Positions 50,040 to 60,406 are shown, numbered from the stretch's first letter. The stretch: 64,000 nt of DNA from Escherichia coli (GCF_045037415.1 NZ_CP173438.1); one strand, 5' to 3'. The notes: generated by a model from the sequence alone, not told the origin. Program-made: numbers and translations.

Positions 50040-50177
50040 GTGTTTGATTTTAGCAAACTGATTCGGGAGATTCGAGTGATGGCTGAAAAATTATCCACCT
50101 GGAAGTTCATTCTTATCTGGCTGGTGTTTGTGATTATGGCCTCCGGTTATTTCATCGGTCAGATACGCTGGTGGTGA
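50040..50177 (+). CDS. possible small membrane protein between R and Rz
   Basis: GTG start after an AAAGGAGAAAG Shine-Dalgarno; product contains the hydrophobic stretch KFILIWLVFVIMASGYFIG; below the ORF-track size cutoff. Confidence 0.25.
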   Translation: MFDFSKLIREIRVMAEKLSTWKFILIWLVFVIMASGYFIGQIRWW

Positions 50178-50178
50178 A

Positions 50179-50646
50179 ATGAACCGCGTACTGTGCGTGG
50201 TCATCATTGCCCTGCTGGTGGCCTGTGGTGCGCTTAGTCTGGGGCTGAATCATTACCGTGATAACGCCATAACCTACAAAGAGCAGCGCGATAAAAAAGT
50301 CAGTGAGCTGGAGCTGGCAAATGCAACCATTACTGATATGCAGCAGCGCCAGCGTGATGTTGCTGCACTTGATGCCAGATACTCGAGGGAATTAGCCGAT
50401 GCGAGAGCTGAAAATGAAACTCTTCGCGCTGACGTTGCCGCTGGTCACCGCAGCCTGCGGATCAACGCCACCTGTCCAGGTCCCGTGCGTGAAGCCACCG
50501 GCACCGCCCGCGTGGATAATGCAACCGGCCCCCAACTGGCAGACACCGTTACACGGGATTATTTCACCCTCAGAGAGCGGCTGATGACGATGCAGAAGCA
50601 ACTGGAAGGGGCACAGGACTATATCCGCACTCAGTGCCTGAAATAA
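50179..50646 (+). CDS. Rz: i-spanin Rz
   Basis: 155-aa ORF MNRVLCVVIIALLVACGALSLGLNHYRDNAITYK... closely resembles lambda Rz. Confidence 0.82.
   Translation: MNRVLCVVIIALLVACGALSLGLNHYRDNAITYKEQRDKKVSELELANATITDMQQRQRDVAALDARYSRELADARAENETLRADVAAGHRSLRINATCPGPVREATGTARVDNATGPQLADTVTRDYFTLRERLMTMQKQLEGAQDYIRTQCLK
50414..50584 (+). CDS. Rz1: o-spanin Rz1 (lipoprotein) embedded in the +1 frame of Rz
   Basis: MKLFALTLPLVTAACGS...CVKPPAPPAWIMQPAPNWQTPLHGIISPSE closely resembles lambda Rz1, including the lipobox cysteine and proline-rich region. Confidence 0.72.
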   Translation: MKLFALTLPLVTAACGSTPPVQVPCVKPPAPPAWIMQPAPNWQTPLHGIISPSESG

Positions 50647-51269
50647 GTTTTGCTGATGCGCGGTATTGTCGCCGTATCCCCGCATTAACAGAGACCGCAG
50701 CCCGACAGGGAGACTCCTCTGCGCGAGTGTGCGGGGATAATCAAAAACGATACACACCGGGGTTTACCGCGTTAACGGAGCGCGGCGTTGTCCCCTCATA
50801 GTCGCCTGTCCGGTGCGATGGTGGAAGAAGCCGGATGTTTATCACTATTAATTGATGACACAGAAATGGATTCATTGAATTTCAGCACGTTTTTGTATTC
50901 GTGTTATTGAACATCTGTTTATTTTACTTTTAACATATTGATAATAAAAAGAGCTGTAAATCTTTAGATGAGTCGATTTTGTCCGGGGAAGTTCAAATGG
51001 ATTTTATGCTGACGGTTTCTGGTGTGGTTATCCTGTCCATTGCTTATACTGCAGATAAATATGGCTGCCATTTGTTATCACGTATTGGCGCTTATTGTTC
51101 GTTGATGCTGATTTTCTCGTCGCTTTTTTTTGAGTAAGTTATATTAATTATAACAAATAATTTTCTGTGTTATTTTTTCAGGCTATCCCGTCAGAGGGGA
51201 AGCCTGTACTGCCAGGGAGCGAATGGAAAACTGATGTGTCCGGTAACTGCGTGTTCTGTGAACACCATG

Positions 51270-51455
51270 TTACTTAATTATGTAATTCATACCCGAACTC
51301 TCTGTTGACAGCCTTCTTCTGCAGGCTTCAATAACCCACGCTGAAAAGTTTCCTGAACCTTTCAGATCAAGAGCGATGTTAATTTGTTCAATCATCTGGT
51401 TTGGAAATCGGATGTTGCGGGTTGTTGTTCTGCGCGTTCTGTTCTTTGATGACAT
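51270..51455 (-). CDS. small Arc/ribbon-helix-helix-like DNA-binding protein
   Basis: 61-aa ORF; ...NIRFPNQMIEQINIALDLKG..NFSAWVIEACRRRL resembles the RHH pattern; lies in the lambda-like right-end region. Confidence 0.4.
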   Translation of the reverse strand: MSSKNRTRRTTTRNIRFPNQMIEQINIALDLKGSGNFSAWVIEACRRRLSTESSGMNYIIK

Positions 51456-51661
51456 AATGTTTCCCCATATTCAGTGTTGCTGATTTGTATTATCAGAAGT
51501 TGCTTTTACGTTAATTTGACGCAGATCAATTAATACGATACCTGCGTCATAATTGATTATTTCTCGTGGTTTGATGGCGTACACACATGTTGTGATAAAC
51601 CTTATATAGATGATAATCATTATCATTTCGTGGGTCCTTTCCGGCGATCCGACCGGTTACG

Positions 51662-51673
51662 GGGCGGCGACCT
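51662..51673 (+). other. cosN cohesive-end site (lambda-type 12-nt gggcggcgacct)
   Basis: Exact lambda cosN 12-mer, flanked upstream by ...gggtcctttccggcgatccgaccggttacg and downstream by cgcgggttttcgctatttatgaaaattt, both recalled lambda right-end and left-end sequences. Confidence 0.75.
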
Positions 51674-51842
51674 CGCGGGTTTTCGCTATTTATGAAAATT
51701 TTTAGGGAAAAATCAGATCCGTTCTTCTTCTTTTTAACTGATTGATTATCAATAGAATTTTAAAAATATAAAAGGATCTGACAAAGGCTGTTTTTGTTAG
51801 AAAACGCCATTTTCAGATCCTTTCTGGTTCCCGGGGGAGTGT

Positions 51843-52391
51843 ATGAACGTCAATAAGAAAAAACTGGCCGATATTTTTGGCGTTGATGTCAGGACCATCA
51901 CCGCCTGGCAGAGTCAGGGGTTACCACTAGTTTCTGGTGGAGGGAAAGGGACTGAATCAGTTTTTGATACAACTGCTGCCATTCAGTGGTATGCGCAGAG
52001 GGAAGCTGATATTGAAAACGAAAAACTCCGTAAAGAGATCGAGGATTTGAGGGCTGCCAGCGAATCAGACCTTCAGCCCGGCACCATTGATTACGAACGT
52101 TACCGACTGACGAAGGCACAGGCCGATGCACAGGAGCTGAAAAATGCTCGTGAGGAAGGCCTTGTCCTCGAGACGGAGTTATTTACCTACATCTTTCAGC
52201 GAGTGGCACAGAATATATCAGGGATCCTTGTCCGTGTCCCTCAGACACTGCAGCGTAAATACCCTGATATATCACCCGTACATCTTGATGCTGTGAAAAC
52301 TGAAATCGCGAAAGCATCCGATGTGGCTTCTGAAGCCGGTGAGAATGTGCGCAGGTGGATTGATGATTTCAGACGAACTGAGGGCGGCTAA
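51843..52391 (+). CDS. nu1: terminase small subunit Nu1
   Basis: 182-aa [39 protein letters not shown]... closely resembles lambda Nu1. Confidence 0.88.
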   Translation: MNVNKKKLADIFGVDVRTITAWQSQGLPLVSGGGKGTESVFDTTAAIQWYAQREADIENEKLRKEIEDLRAASESDLQPGTIDYERYRLTKAQADAQELKNAREEGLVLETELFTYIFQRVAQNISGILVRVPQTLQRKYPDISPVHLDAVKTEIAKASDVASEAGENVRRWIDDFRRTEGG

Positions 52392-54291
52392 TTCTGCAGG
52401 AGCGATAGCAACCGGCCTCCTTGCGCTAAAAATTCCTGTCCCTCTGACGACAGTTCAGTGGGCAGATCGACATTATTACCTTCCGAAAGAGTCATCTTAC
52501 ACCCCGGGGCGGTGGGAAACACTGCCGTTTCAGGTTGCCATCATGAACAGCATGGGGAATGACCGGATCCGCACTGTTAATCTGATTAAATCTGCCCGTG
52601 TTGGTTATACAAAGATGTTGCTGGGAGTGGAGGCTTATTTTATTGAGCATAAATCACGCAACAGCCTTCTTTTCCAGCCCACGGATTCTGCTGCTGAAGA
52701 TTTTATGAAATCTCATGTGGAACCCACGATCAGGGATGTGCCGGTTTTACTCGATCTTGCACCGTGGTTTGGGCGTAAACATCGTGATAATACCCTCACG
52801 CTGAAACGTTTTTCATCGGGCGTGGGCTTCTGGTGCCTGGGCGGGGCTGCCGCTAAAAACTACCGTGAAAAATCCGTGGACGTGGTCTGCTATGACGAAC
52901 TTTCCTCGTTCGAACCGGATGTCGAAAAAGAGGGTTCGCCAACCCTGCTTGGGGATAAACGTATTGAGGGCTCTGTATGGCCCAAATCCATTCGCGGCTC
53001 GACGCCTAAAATCAAAGGCACCTGCCAGATCGAAAAAGCGGCCAACGAGTCGGCGCATTTCATGCGTTTTTATGTGCCCTGCCCACACTGTGGGGAGGAG
53101 CAGTATCTGAAATTTGGCGATGAATCCACGCCTTTTGGCCTTAAATGGGAGAAGGACAGCCCCGAAAGCGTTTTCTACCTCTGTGAACATCATGGCTGCG
53201 TGATCCATCAGTCTGAGCTTGACCAGAGCAACGGGCGGTGGATCTGTGAAAACACGGGGATGTGGACCCGTGACGGTCTGACGTTTTTCAGCGCCGCGGA
53301 TAATGAAATTCCGCCGCCGCGCTCCATCACGTTCCATATCTGGACGGCGTACAGTCCGTTCACCACCTGGGTACAGATAGTCTATGACTGGCTGGATGCA
53401 CTGAAAGATCCCAACGGCCTGAAAACCTTTGTGAACACCACGCTGGGCGAGACCTGGGAAGAGGCCGTGGGCGAAAAACTCGATCACCAGGTACTGATGG
53501 ATAAGGTCGTGCATTACACGGCGGCGGTGCCAGCCCGGGTGGTTTATCTGACGGCGGGCATTGACTCGCAGCGAAACCGTTTTGAGATGTATGTCTGGGG
53601 ATGGGCACCGGGAGAGGAAGCTTTTCTGGTGGATAAAATCATCATTATGGGCCGTCCCGATGAGGAAGAGACGCTGTTACGTGTGGATGCGGCGATCAAC
53701 AAAAAATACTGCCATGCAGACGGAACCGAAATGACCATTTCCCGTGTCTGCTGGGACACCGGGGGGATCGATGGTGAAATTGTCTATCAGAGGTCAAAAA
53801 AACACGGTGTTTTCCGGGTGCTGCCGGTAAAAGGCGCATCTGTCTATGGCAAGCCGGTGATCACCATGCCGAAAACCCGCAATCAGCGGGGCGTGTATCT
53901 GTGTGAAGTGGGGACGGACACCGCAAAAGAAATTCTCTATGCCCGTATGAAAGCCGATCCCACGCCTGCGGATGAAGCCACGTCGTATGCCATCCGTTTT
54001 CCTGATGATCCGGAGATTTTTTCGCAGACAGAGGCGCAGCAACTGGTCGCGGAAGAGCTTGTGGAGAAGTGGGAAAAAGGAAAGATGCGTCTGCTGTGGG
54101 ATAACAAAAAGCGGCGTAACGAAGCGCTGGACTGCCTGGTGTATGCCTATGCGGCATTACGTGTGTCCGTGCAACGCTGGCAGCTTGATCTGGCTGTACT
54201 GGCAAAATCCCGGGAAGAAGAGACGACCCGGCCAACCCTTAAAGAACTGGCAGCGAAGCTGTCCGGAGGAGTGAATGGTTACAGTCGCTGA
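52363..54291 (+). CDS. A: terminase large subunit A
   Basis: ORF 52321..54291 resembles lambda gpA throughout ([12 protein letters not shown]..., [14 protein letters not shown]..., [11 protein letters not shown]...); start placed at MISDEL, overlapping the Nu1 3' end. Confidence 0.9.
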   Translation: MISDELRAANSAGAIATGLLALKIPVPLTTVQWADRHYYLPKESSYTPGRWETLPFQVAIMNSMGNDRIRTVNLIKSARVGYTKMLLGVEAYFIEHKSRNSLLFQPTDSAAEDFMKSHVEPTIRDVPVLLDLAPWFGRKHRDNTLTLKRFSSGVGFWCLGGAAAKNYREKSVDVVCYDELSSFEPDVEKEGSPTLLGDKRIEGSVWPKSIRGSTPKIKGTCQIEKAANESAHFMRFYVPCPHCGEEQYLKFGDESTPFGLKWEKDSPESVFYLCEHHGCVIHQSELDQSNGRWICENTGMWTRDGLTFFSAADNEIPPPRSITFHIWTAYSPFTTWVQIVYDWLDALKDPNGLKTFVNTTLGETWEEAVGEKLDHQVLMDKVVHYTAAVPARVVYLTAGIDSQRNRFEMYVWGWAPGEEAFLVDKIIIMGRPDEEETLLRVDAAINKKYCHADGTEMTISRVCWDTGGIDGEIVYQRSKKHGVFRVLPVKGASVYGKPVITMPKTRNQRGVYLCEVGTDTAKEILYARMKADPTPADEATSYAIRFPDDPEIFSQTEAQQLVAEELVEKWEKGKMRLLWDNKKRRNEALDCLVYAYAALRVSVQRWQLDLAVLAKSREEETTRPTLKELAAKLSGGVNGYSR

Positions 54292-54481
54292 ACTACAGGC
54301 GCTGCGTCAGGCGCGCCTTGATTTATTAACCGGTAAACGGGTGGTGTCTGTCCAGAAAGATGGTCGCAGAATTGAATATACGGCGGCTTCTCTGGATGAG
54401 CTTAACCGGGCGATCAATGATGCGGAGTCGGTACTGGGGACAACCCGACGTCGCCGTCGTCCGCTGGGAGTGAGGTTATGA
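54275..54481 (+). CDS. W: head-tail joining protein W
   Basis: 68-aa ORF ...LLTGKRVVSVQKDGRRIEYTAASL... resembles lambda gpW. Confidence 0.8.
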   Translation: MVTVAELQALRQARLDLLTGKRVVSVQKDGRRIEYTAASLDELNRAINDAESVLGTTRRRRRPLGVRL

Positions 54482-56070
54482 AACGAACGCCTGTCCTGAT
54501 TGATGTGAACGGCGTTCCGCTTCGTGAGAGTCTCAGCTACAACGGGAGCGGCGCAGGATTTGGCGGGCAAATGGCGGAGTGGTTGCCACCGGCGCAGAGT
54601 GCCGATGCGGCCCTGCTACCCGCGTTGCGTCTGGGGAATGCCCGGGCAGATGATCTGGTGCGCAATAACGGAATAGCGGCTAATGCGGTGGCTCTGCATA
54701 AGGATCACATTGTCGGGCATATGTTTCTGATCAGCTACCGTCCGAACTGGCGCTGGCTGGGGATGCGGGAGACCGCAGCAAAAAGCTTTGTCGATGAGGT
54801 GGAGGCGGCCTGGTCGGAATACGCCGAAGGGATGTTTGGTGAGATCGACGTGGAAGGAAAACGCACGTTCACGGAATTTATCCGTGAAGGTGTGGGCGTT
54901 CATGCGTTTAACGGCGAAATCTTTGTGCAGCCGGTCTGGGATACGGAAACCACGCAGTTATTCCGTACGCGTTTTAAAGCCGTGAGTCCGAAACGGGTGG
55001 ACACGCCTGGACACGGTATGGGGAACCGTTTTCTGCGGGCCGGTGTGGAGGTCGATCGATATGGCCGTGCCGTCGCGTACCATATTTGTGAGGACGATTT
55101 TCCGTTCTCTGGTAGTGGACGATGGGAACGGATCCCGCGTGAACTTCCCACCGGGCGTCCGGCCATGCTGCATATTTTCGAGCCGGTGGAGGACGGGCAG
55201 ACCCGTGGGGCTAATCAGTTTTACAGCGTCATGGAACGGCTGAAGATGCTCGATTCCCTGCAGGCAACACAGCTTCAGTCGGCCATAGTGAAGGCGATGT
55301 ATGCAGCGACGATTGAAAGTGAACTTGATACCGAAAAGGCCTTTGAATATATCGCCGGTGCGCCGCAGGGGCAGAAGGATAATCCGCTTATTAATATTCT
55401 GGATAAGTTCTCCACCTGGTATGACACGAATCACGTGACGCTGGGCGGTGTCAAAATTCCGCACCTTTTCCCCGGTGATGATCTGAAACTTCAGACCGCG
55501 CAGGATTCAGACAATGGATTTTCAGCGCTTGAACAGGCGCTGCTGCGGTATATCGCCGCCGGTCTTGGCGTTTCCTACGAACAGTTGTCCCGTGATTACT
55601 CGAAGGTCAGTTATTCAAGTGCCCGCGCCTCCGCCAATGAGTCGTGGCGCTATTTTATGGGGCGGCGAAAATTTATTGCGTCCCGGCTGGCCACGCAGAT
55701 GTTTTCCTGCTGGCTGGAAGAGGCACTTCTTCGGGGGATTATTCGTCCGCCACGGGCACGTTTTGATTTTTATCAGGCGCGATCAGCCTGGTCACGGGCT
55801 GAGTGGATTGGAGCCGGAAGAATGGCCATTGACGGGCTCAAGGAGGTTCAGGAATCAGTGATGCGCATTGAGGCCGGACTGAGCACGTATGAGAAAGAGC
55901 TGGCGCTGATGGGCGAGGATTATCAGGACATTTTCCGCCAGCAGGTCAGGGAATCTGCAGAGCGGGAAAAAGCCGGACTCTCACGTCCGGTGTGGATAGC
56001 GCAGGCGTATCAGCAGCAGATAGCGGAGAGTCGCAGGCCGGAAGAGGAGACAACACCACGTGAGACGTAA
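54478..56070 (+). CDS. B: portal protein B
   Basis: 530-aa ORF resembling lambda gpB (ADDLVRNNG..., FEPVEDGQTRGAN.FYSVME, AIVKAMYAATIESELDT...). Confidence 0.9.
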   Translation: MKRTPVLIDVNGVPLRESLSYNGSGAGFGGQMAEWLPPAQSADAALLPALRLGNARADDLVRNNGIAANAVALHKDHIVGHMFLISYRPNWRWLGMRETAAKSFVDEVEAAWSEYAEGMFGEIDVEGKRTFTEFIREGVGVHAFNGEIFVQPVWDTETTQLFRTRFKAVSPKRVDTPGHGMGNRFLRAGVEVDRYGRAVAYHICEDDFPFSGSGRWERIPRELPTGRPAMLHIFEPVEDGQTRGANQFYSVMERLKMLDSLQATQLQSAIVKAMYAATIESELDTEKAFEYIAGAPQGQKDNPLINILDKFSTWYDTNHVTLGGVKIPHLFPGDDLKLQTAQDSDNGFSALEQALLRYIAAGLGVSYEQLSRDYSKVSYSSARASANESWRYFMGRRKFIASRLATQMFSCWLEEALLRGIIRPPRARFDFYQARSAWSRAEWIGAGRMAIDGLKEVQESVMRIEAGLSTYEKELALMGEDYQDIFRQQVRESAEREKAGLSRPVWIAQAYQQQIAESRRPEEETTPRET

Positions 56071-57565
56071 TCTTTCACACATTATTGCCGCAGCATTCAA
56101 TGAACCGCTGCTTCTGGAGCCCGCCTATGCGCGGGTTTTCTTTTGCGCGCTCGGGCGCGAGATGGGGGCAGCAAGTCTTTCGGTACCACAACAGCAGGTA
56201 CAGCTTGATGCTCCCGGAATGCTGGCTGAAACGGACGAGTACATGGCCGGAGGTAAACGACCGGCCCGTGTTTACCGGGTGGTGAACGGTATTGCGGTAC
56301 TGCCGGTGAGCGGCACGCTGGTGCACCGGCTGGGGGGGATGCGGCCATTTTCCGGAATGACTGGCTATGACGGCATTGTCGCCTGTCTTCAGCAGGCAAT
56401 GGCAGATAGCCAGGTGCGGGGCATACTGCTGGACATTGACAGTCCGGGCGGGCAGGCCGCCGGCGCGTTTGACTGCGCTGACATGATTTACCGCCTCCGT
56501 CAGCAGAAGCCGGTCTGGGCACTGTGCAATGACACGGCCTGTTCTGCAGCCATGCTGCTGGCGTCGGCCTGCTCCCGACGGCTGGTTACCCAGACATCCC
56601 GTATCGGCTCCATTGGCGTGATGATGAGCCATGTCAGCTATGCCGGTCATCTGGCGCAGGCCGGTGTGGATATCACGCTGATTTATGCCGGGGCGCACAA
56701 GGTGGATGGCAATCAGTTTGAAGCGTTGCCGGCAGAGGTTCGCCAGGATATGCAGCAGCGGATTGATGCGGCGCACCGGATGTTTGCCGAAAAAGTGGCG
56801 ATGTATACCGGGTTGTCTGTGGATGCGGTCACGGGAACAGAGGCCGCCGTTTTTGAAGGTCAGTCCGGCATTGAGGCCGGGCTGGCGGATGAATTAATCA
56901 ATGCGTCGGATGCCATCAGTGTGATGGCCACGGCGCTGAACAGTAATGTCAGAGGAGGCACTATGCCGCAATTAACTGCAACGGAAGCCGCCGTGCAGGA
57001 GAACCAGCGAGTGATGGGGATCCTGACATGCCAGGAAGCGAAAGGACGTGAACAGCTTGCCACGATGCTGGCAGGGCAACAGGGCATGAGCGTTGAACAG
57101 GCCCGGGCGATTCTGGCCGCGGCGGCACCGCAGCAGCCGGTGGCATCCGCGCAGAGTGAAGCCGATCGCATTATGGCGTGTGAAGAAGCGAACGGTCGTG
57201 AACAACTGGCAGTAACGCTGGCGGCGATGCCGGAGATGACGGTGGAAAAAGCCCGCCCGATCCTGGCTGCTTCACCGCAGGCGAATGCCGGACCATCACT
57301 CCGTGATCAGATCATGGCCCTGGATGAGGCAAAAGGGGCTGAGGCGCAGGCTGAACAGCTGGCTGCCTGCCCGGGAATGACCGTGGAGAGCGCCCGGGCT
57401 GTGCTGGCTGCGGGATCAGGTAAGGCAGAACCGGTCTCTGCATCCACAACCGCCCTGTTTGAACATTTCATGGCGAACCATTCACCGGCTGCGGTCCAGG
57501 GGGGCGTGTCACAGGCGTCAGAAGACGGTGATGCGGACGTGAAAATGCTCATGGCCATGCCATGA
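56060..57565 (+). CDS. C: head maturation protease C (S49 family) with nested scaffold (Nu3-like) C-terminal region containing tandem repeats
   Basis: 501-aa ORF; N-terminal S49/ClpP-like protease region; C-terminal three roughly 38-aa tandem repeats (I[ML]xxEEAxGREQLAxxLAxxxxMTVExARxILAA). Confidence 0.82.
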   Translation: MRRNLSHIIAAAFNEPLLLEPAYARVFFCALGREMGAASLSVPQQQVQLDAPGMLAETDEYMAGGKRPARVYRVVNGIAVLPVSGTLVHRLGGMRPFSGMTGYDGIVACLQQAMADSQVRGILLDIDSPGGQAAGAFDCADMIYRLRQQKPVWALCNDTACSAAMLLASACSRRLVTQTSRIGSIGVMMSHVSYAGHLAQAGVDITLIYAGAHKVDGNQFEALPAEVRQDMQQRIDAAHRMFAEKVAMYTGLSVDAVTGTEAAVFEGQSGIEAGLADELINASDAISVMATALNSNVRGGTMPQLTATEAAVQENQRVMGILTCQEAKGREQLATMLAGQQGMSVEQARAILAAAAPQQPVASAQSEADRIMACEEANGREQLAVTLAAMPEMTVEKARPILAASPQANAGPSLRDQIMALDEAKGAEAQAEQLAACPGMTVESARAVLAAGSGKAEPVSASTTALFEHFMANHSPAAVQGGVSQASEDGDADVKMLMAMP

Positions 57566-57601
57566 AGTCAGTGCTGAACATCAATACGAGGTTTTAACAA
57601 T

Positions 57602-57949
57602 ATGGTGACGAAAACCATCACTGAACAGCGTGCGGAAGTACGTATTTTTGCCGGTAATGATCCGGCTCACACCGCCACAGGCAGCAGCGGGATTTCCTCG
57701 GCAACACCGGCACTGACACCCCTGATGCTGGATGGGGCCACCGGGAAACTGGTGGTCTGGGACGGACAGAAAGCCGGTAGTGCGGTTGGCATACTGGTAC
57801 TGCCGCTTGAAGGCACAGAGGCGGTGCTGACCTATTACAAGTCGGGGACCTTTGCGACGGAGGCAATCCGCTGGCCTGAAAGTGTGGATGAACACAAAAA
57901 GGCCAACGCCTTTACCGGCAGTGCCCTGAGTCACGCGGCGCTGCCGTAA
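57602..57949 (+). CDS. D: head decoration protein D
   Basis: 115-aa ORF ...NDPAHTATGSSG...TPLMLD...KLVVWDG...AVGIL...YKSGTF... resembles lambda gpD. Confidence 0.85.
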   Translation: MVTKTITEQRAEVRIFAGNDPAHTATGSSGISSATPALTPLMLDGATGKLVVWDGQKAGSAVGILVLPLEGTEAVLTYYKSGTFATEAIRWPESVDEHKKANAFTGSALSHAALP

Positions 57950-58006
57950 CACGTTATCAGGCCACCGCGTTGGCCTGACTGATTTCTTAATGAAAGGAAC
58001 TGATTT

Positions 58007-59035
58007 ATGGGATTGTTTACGACCCGCCAGTTACTCGGTTATACCGAACAAAAAGTTAAATTCCGTGCGCTGTTTCTGGAGCTGTTTTTCCGCCGTACGG
58101 TGAATTTCCACACCGAAGAGGTGATGCTGGACAAAATTACCGGAAAAACGCCGGTGGCGGCCTATGTCTCCCCGATCGTTGAAGGAAAAGTGCTTCGCCA
58201 TCGCGGTGGTGAAACCCGCGTGTTACGTCCGGGCTACGTCAAGCCCAAACACGAATTTAATTACCAGCAGGCGGTTGAGCGCCTTCCTGGTGAAGATCCG
58301 GCTCAGCTGAACGACCCGGCCTACCGTCGTCTGCGTATCATTACCGATAACCTCAAACAGGAAGAGCACGCCATTGTCCAGGTGGAAGAAATGCAGGCGG
58401 TGAATGCCGTGCTGTATGGCAAATACACCATGGAAGGGGAACAGTTTGACACGGTCGAGGTGGATTTCGGACGCTCTGAAGGAAATAACATTGAGCAGGC
58501 CGACGGTAAAAAATGGTCTGAGCAGGACCGTGATACGTTTGATCCGACGCATGATATTGACCTTTACTGCGATCAGGCCAGCGGTCTTGTAAATATTGCC
58601 ATTATGGACGGTACGGTCTGGCGTCTGCTGAATGGCTTTAAGCTGTTCCGCGAAAAACTGGATACCCGTCGCGGCTCAAATTCACAACTCGAAACGGCAG
58701 TGAAAGACCTGGGAGCGGTGGTGTCTTTCAAAGGGTATTACGGTGATCTGGCCATTGTGGTGGCGAAAACGTCTTATGTGGCAGACGACGGTACCGAAAA
58801 ACGTTATCTGCCGGTGGGCACACTGGTCCTGGGGAATACGGCAGCAGAGGGCATTCGTTGCTATGGTGCCATTCAGGATGCGCAGGCGTTGTCCGAAGGT
58901 GTGGTGGCCTCTTCCCGTTATCCGAAACACTGGCTGACTGTGGGCGATCCGGCCCGTGAATTCACCATGACGCAGTCCGCACCGCTGATGGTGCTGCCGG
59001 ATCCGGATGAGTTTGTGGTGGTGCAGGTGAAATAA
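58007..59035 (+). CDS. E: major capsid protein E
   Basis: 342-aa ORF resembling lambda gpE (YVSPIV.G.V.R.RGG, PGYVKPKHE, TRRGSNS.LETAVKDLG, TTGDPAREFTM.QSAPLM). Confidence 0.9.
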   Translation: MGLFTTRQLLGYTEQKVKFRALFLELFFRRTVNFHTEEVMLDKITGKTPVAAYVSPIVEGKVLRHRGGETRVLRPGYVKPKHEFNYQQAVERLPGEDPAQLNDPAYRRLRIITDNLKQEEHAIVQVEEMQAVNAVLYGKYTMEGEQFDTVEVDFGRSEGNNIEQADGKKWSEQDRDTFDPTHDIDLYCDQASGLVNIAIMDGTVWRLLNGFKLFREKLDTRRGSNSQLETAVKDLGAVVSFKGYYGDLAIVVAKTSYVADDGTEKRYLPVGTLVLGNTAAEGIRCYGAIQDAQALSEGVVASSRYPKHWLTVGDPAREFTMTQSAPLMVLPDPDEFVVVQVK

Positions 59036-59086
59036 TCCGTGAGCGGGGGCGAAATGCCCCCGTGTCTTTTTTCACAGGAGGCTGAG

Positions 59087-59470
59087 ATGGCAACAAAAGA
59101 AGAAAATCTGAATCGTCTTCGTCAACTGGCTGGCCTGCTGGGGCGCGAGGCGGATATGTCGGGGAGTGCTGCGGATATTGCGCAACGTGTGTCTGAGTGG
59201 GAAGAGGAGCTTGCTGTTTCCCCGGAGGGCATTATGCACTCTGATGAGAGCGGGGCTGATCAAAATCACACAGACGATGGTGAGCAGTTGAACAACACGG
59301 ATGCTCCGGATGATGTTAAAGCCGTCCGGGTACGGAAGTGCCTGCAAGTAATGGGGTATTGCCCGGAGACAGGTCGTCCCGTTGAGCTGGCGTTACGGGG
59401 TATGCGTGTTCTGGTGCCATCATCACTGGCAACGGCCATGATACAGCACGGAACGGCTGAATATGCGTGA
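59087..59470 (+). CDS. DNA-packaging protein FI-like
   Basis: ORF 59039..59470; start placed at MATKEENLNRL... behind an AGGAGG Shine-Dalgarno; positional equivalent of lambda FI with weak similarity. Confidence 0.5.
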   Translation: MATKEENLNRLRQLAGLLGREADMSGSAADIAQRVSEWEEELAVSPEGIMHSDESGADQNHTDDGEQLNNTDAPDDVKAVRVRKCLQVMGYCPETGRPVELALRGMRVLVPSSLATAMIQHGTAEYA

Positions 59471-59816
59471 TTTTCAGAATGCCTTTGATGCTGCCCTCGC
59501 CGGGGTAGACAGTACGATCGTTGAAGTGATGGGACTCTGTGCGCAGTTCACCTCGGGGGCACAGTGTGGCAGCGAAGTTCAGGGGGTTTTTGACGATCCG
59601 GAGTCGCTGGGGGTTGCCGGTGGCGGGGTCCGTATTGAAGGAAGCTGCCCGTCATTATTTGTGCGGACGGATACGGTTCGTGCCGTGCGGCGTGGTGACA
59701 CGCTGACCATTAATGGTGAGACATTCTGGGTGGATCGTGTTTCTCCGGATGACGGGGGCAGCTGTTATCTCTGGCTCAACCGTGGGCAACCACCCGCAGT
59801 TAACCGGCGACGATAA
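59463..59816 (+). CDS. head-tail connector protein FII
   Basis: 117-aa ORF whose C-terminal half (GVFDDPE...VRIEGS.PSLFVRTD.VR..RRGDTLTI....FWVDRVSPDDGGSC.LWL.RG.PPAVNRRR) matches recalled lambda FII. Confidence 0.85.
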   Translation: MRDFQNAFDAALAGVDSTIVEVMGLCAQFTSGAQCGSEVQGVFDDPESLGVAGGGVRIEGSCPSLFVRTDTVRAVRRGDTLTINGETFWVDRVSPDDGGSCYLWLNRGQPPAVNRRR

Positions 59817-59830
59817 ACGCAGGGTGAATT

Positions 59831-60406
59831 ATGGCGATAAAAGGGCTTGATCAGGCGATTGACAATCTGAGCCGGGTTCGTAAAAACGCCATTCCGGCTG
59901 CTTCTGCAATGACCATTAACCGCGTGGCCATAACGGCGATTAATCAGTCTTCGTCACAGGTTGCCCGGGAAACCAGGGTGAGACGGAAACTGGTAAAGGA
60001 ACGGTCCAGACTGAAACGGGCGACGGTCAGAAATCCGAATGCCAGAATTATCGTTAACCGCGGTGATCTCCCTGTGATTAAGCTGGGGATCAGAATGCTG
60101 GGGCGTCGTCCGAACAGCATACTCAAAGCCGGTCAGCATCGTTATCAGCGGGCATTTATCCAGCGATTAAATAATGGGCGCTGGCATGTTATGCAACGTC
60201 TTCCCCAGGCCAGATATGAGGAGGGCAATGACGACAAGGGAAGGAAAAAGCGTAATCGCCTTCCCATTCAGGTGGTGAAAATCCCGATGGCGGCCCCACT
60301 GAAACAGGCATTTGATGAGAATGTTGACCGTATCCGGCGTGAACGCCTGCCTAAAGAACTGGCATACGCGCTGAAACAACAACTGAGGATTGCGATAAAA
60401 CGATGA
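59831..60406 (+). CDS. Z: tail completion protein Z
   Basis: 191-aa ORF in the lambda gpZ position and of matching length. Confidence 0.75.
   Translation: MAIKGLDQAIDNLSRVRKNAIPAASAMTINRVAITAINQSSSQVARETRVRRKLVKERSRLKRATVRNPNARIIVNRGDLPVIKLGIRMLGRRPNSILKAGQHRYQRAFIQRLNNGRWHVMQRLPQARYEEGNDDKGRKKRNRLPIQVVKIPMAAPLKQAFDENVDRIRRERLPKELAYALKQQLRIAIKR

Noticed and set aside
50678-50741. Large inverted repeat (atccccgca...tgcggggat) after Rz as a possible novel element
   Set aside because: The region parallels the recalled lambda sequence downstream of Rz (bor-proximal and right-arm region), so it is probably a conserved lambdoid structure rather than something new; bor itself appears absent.
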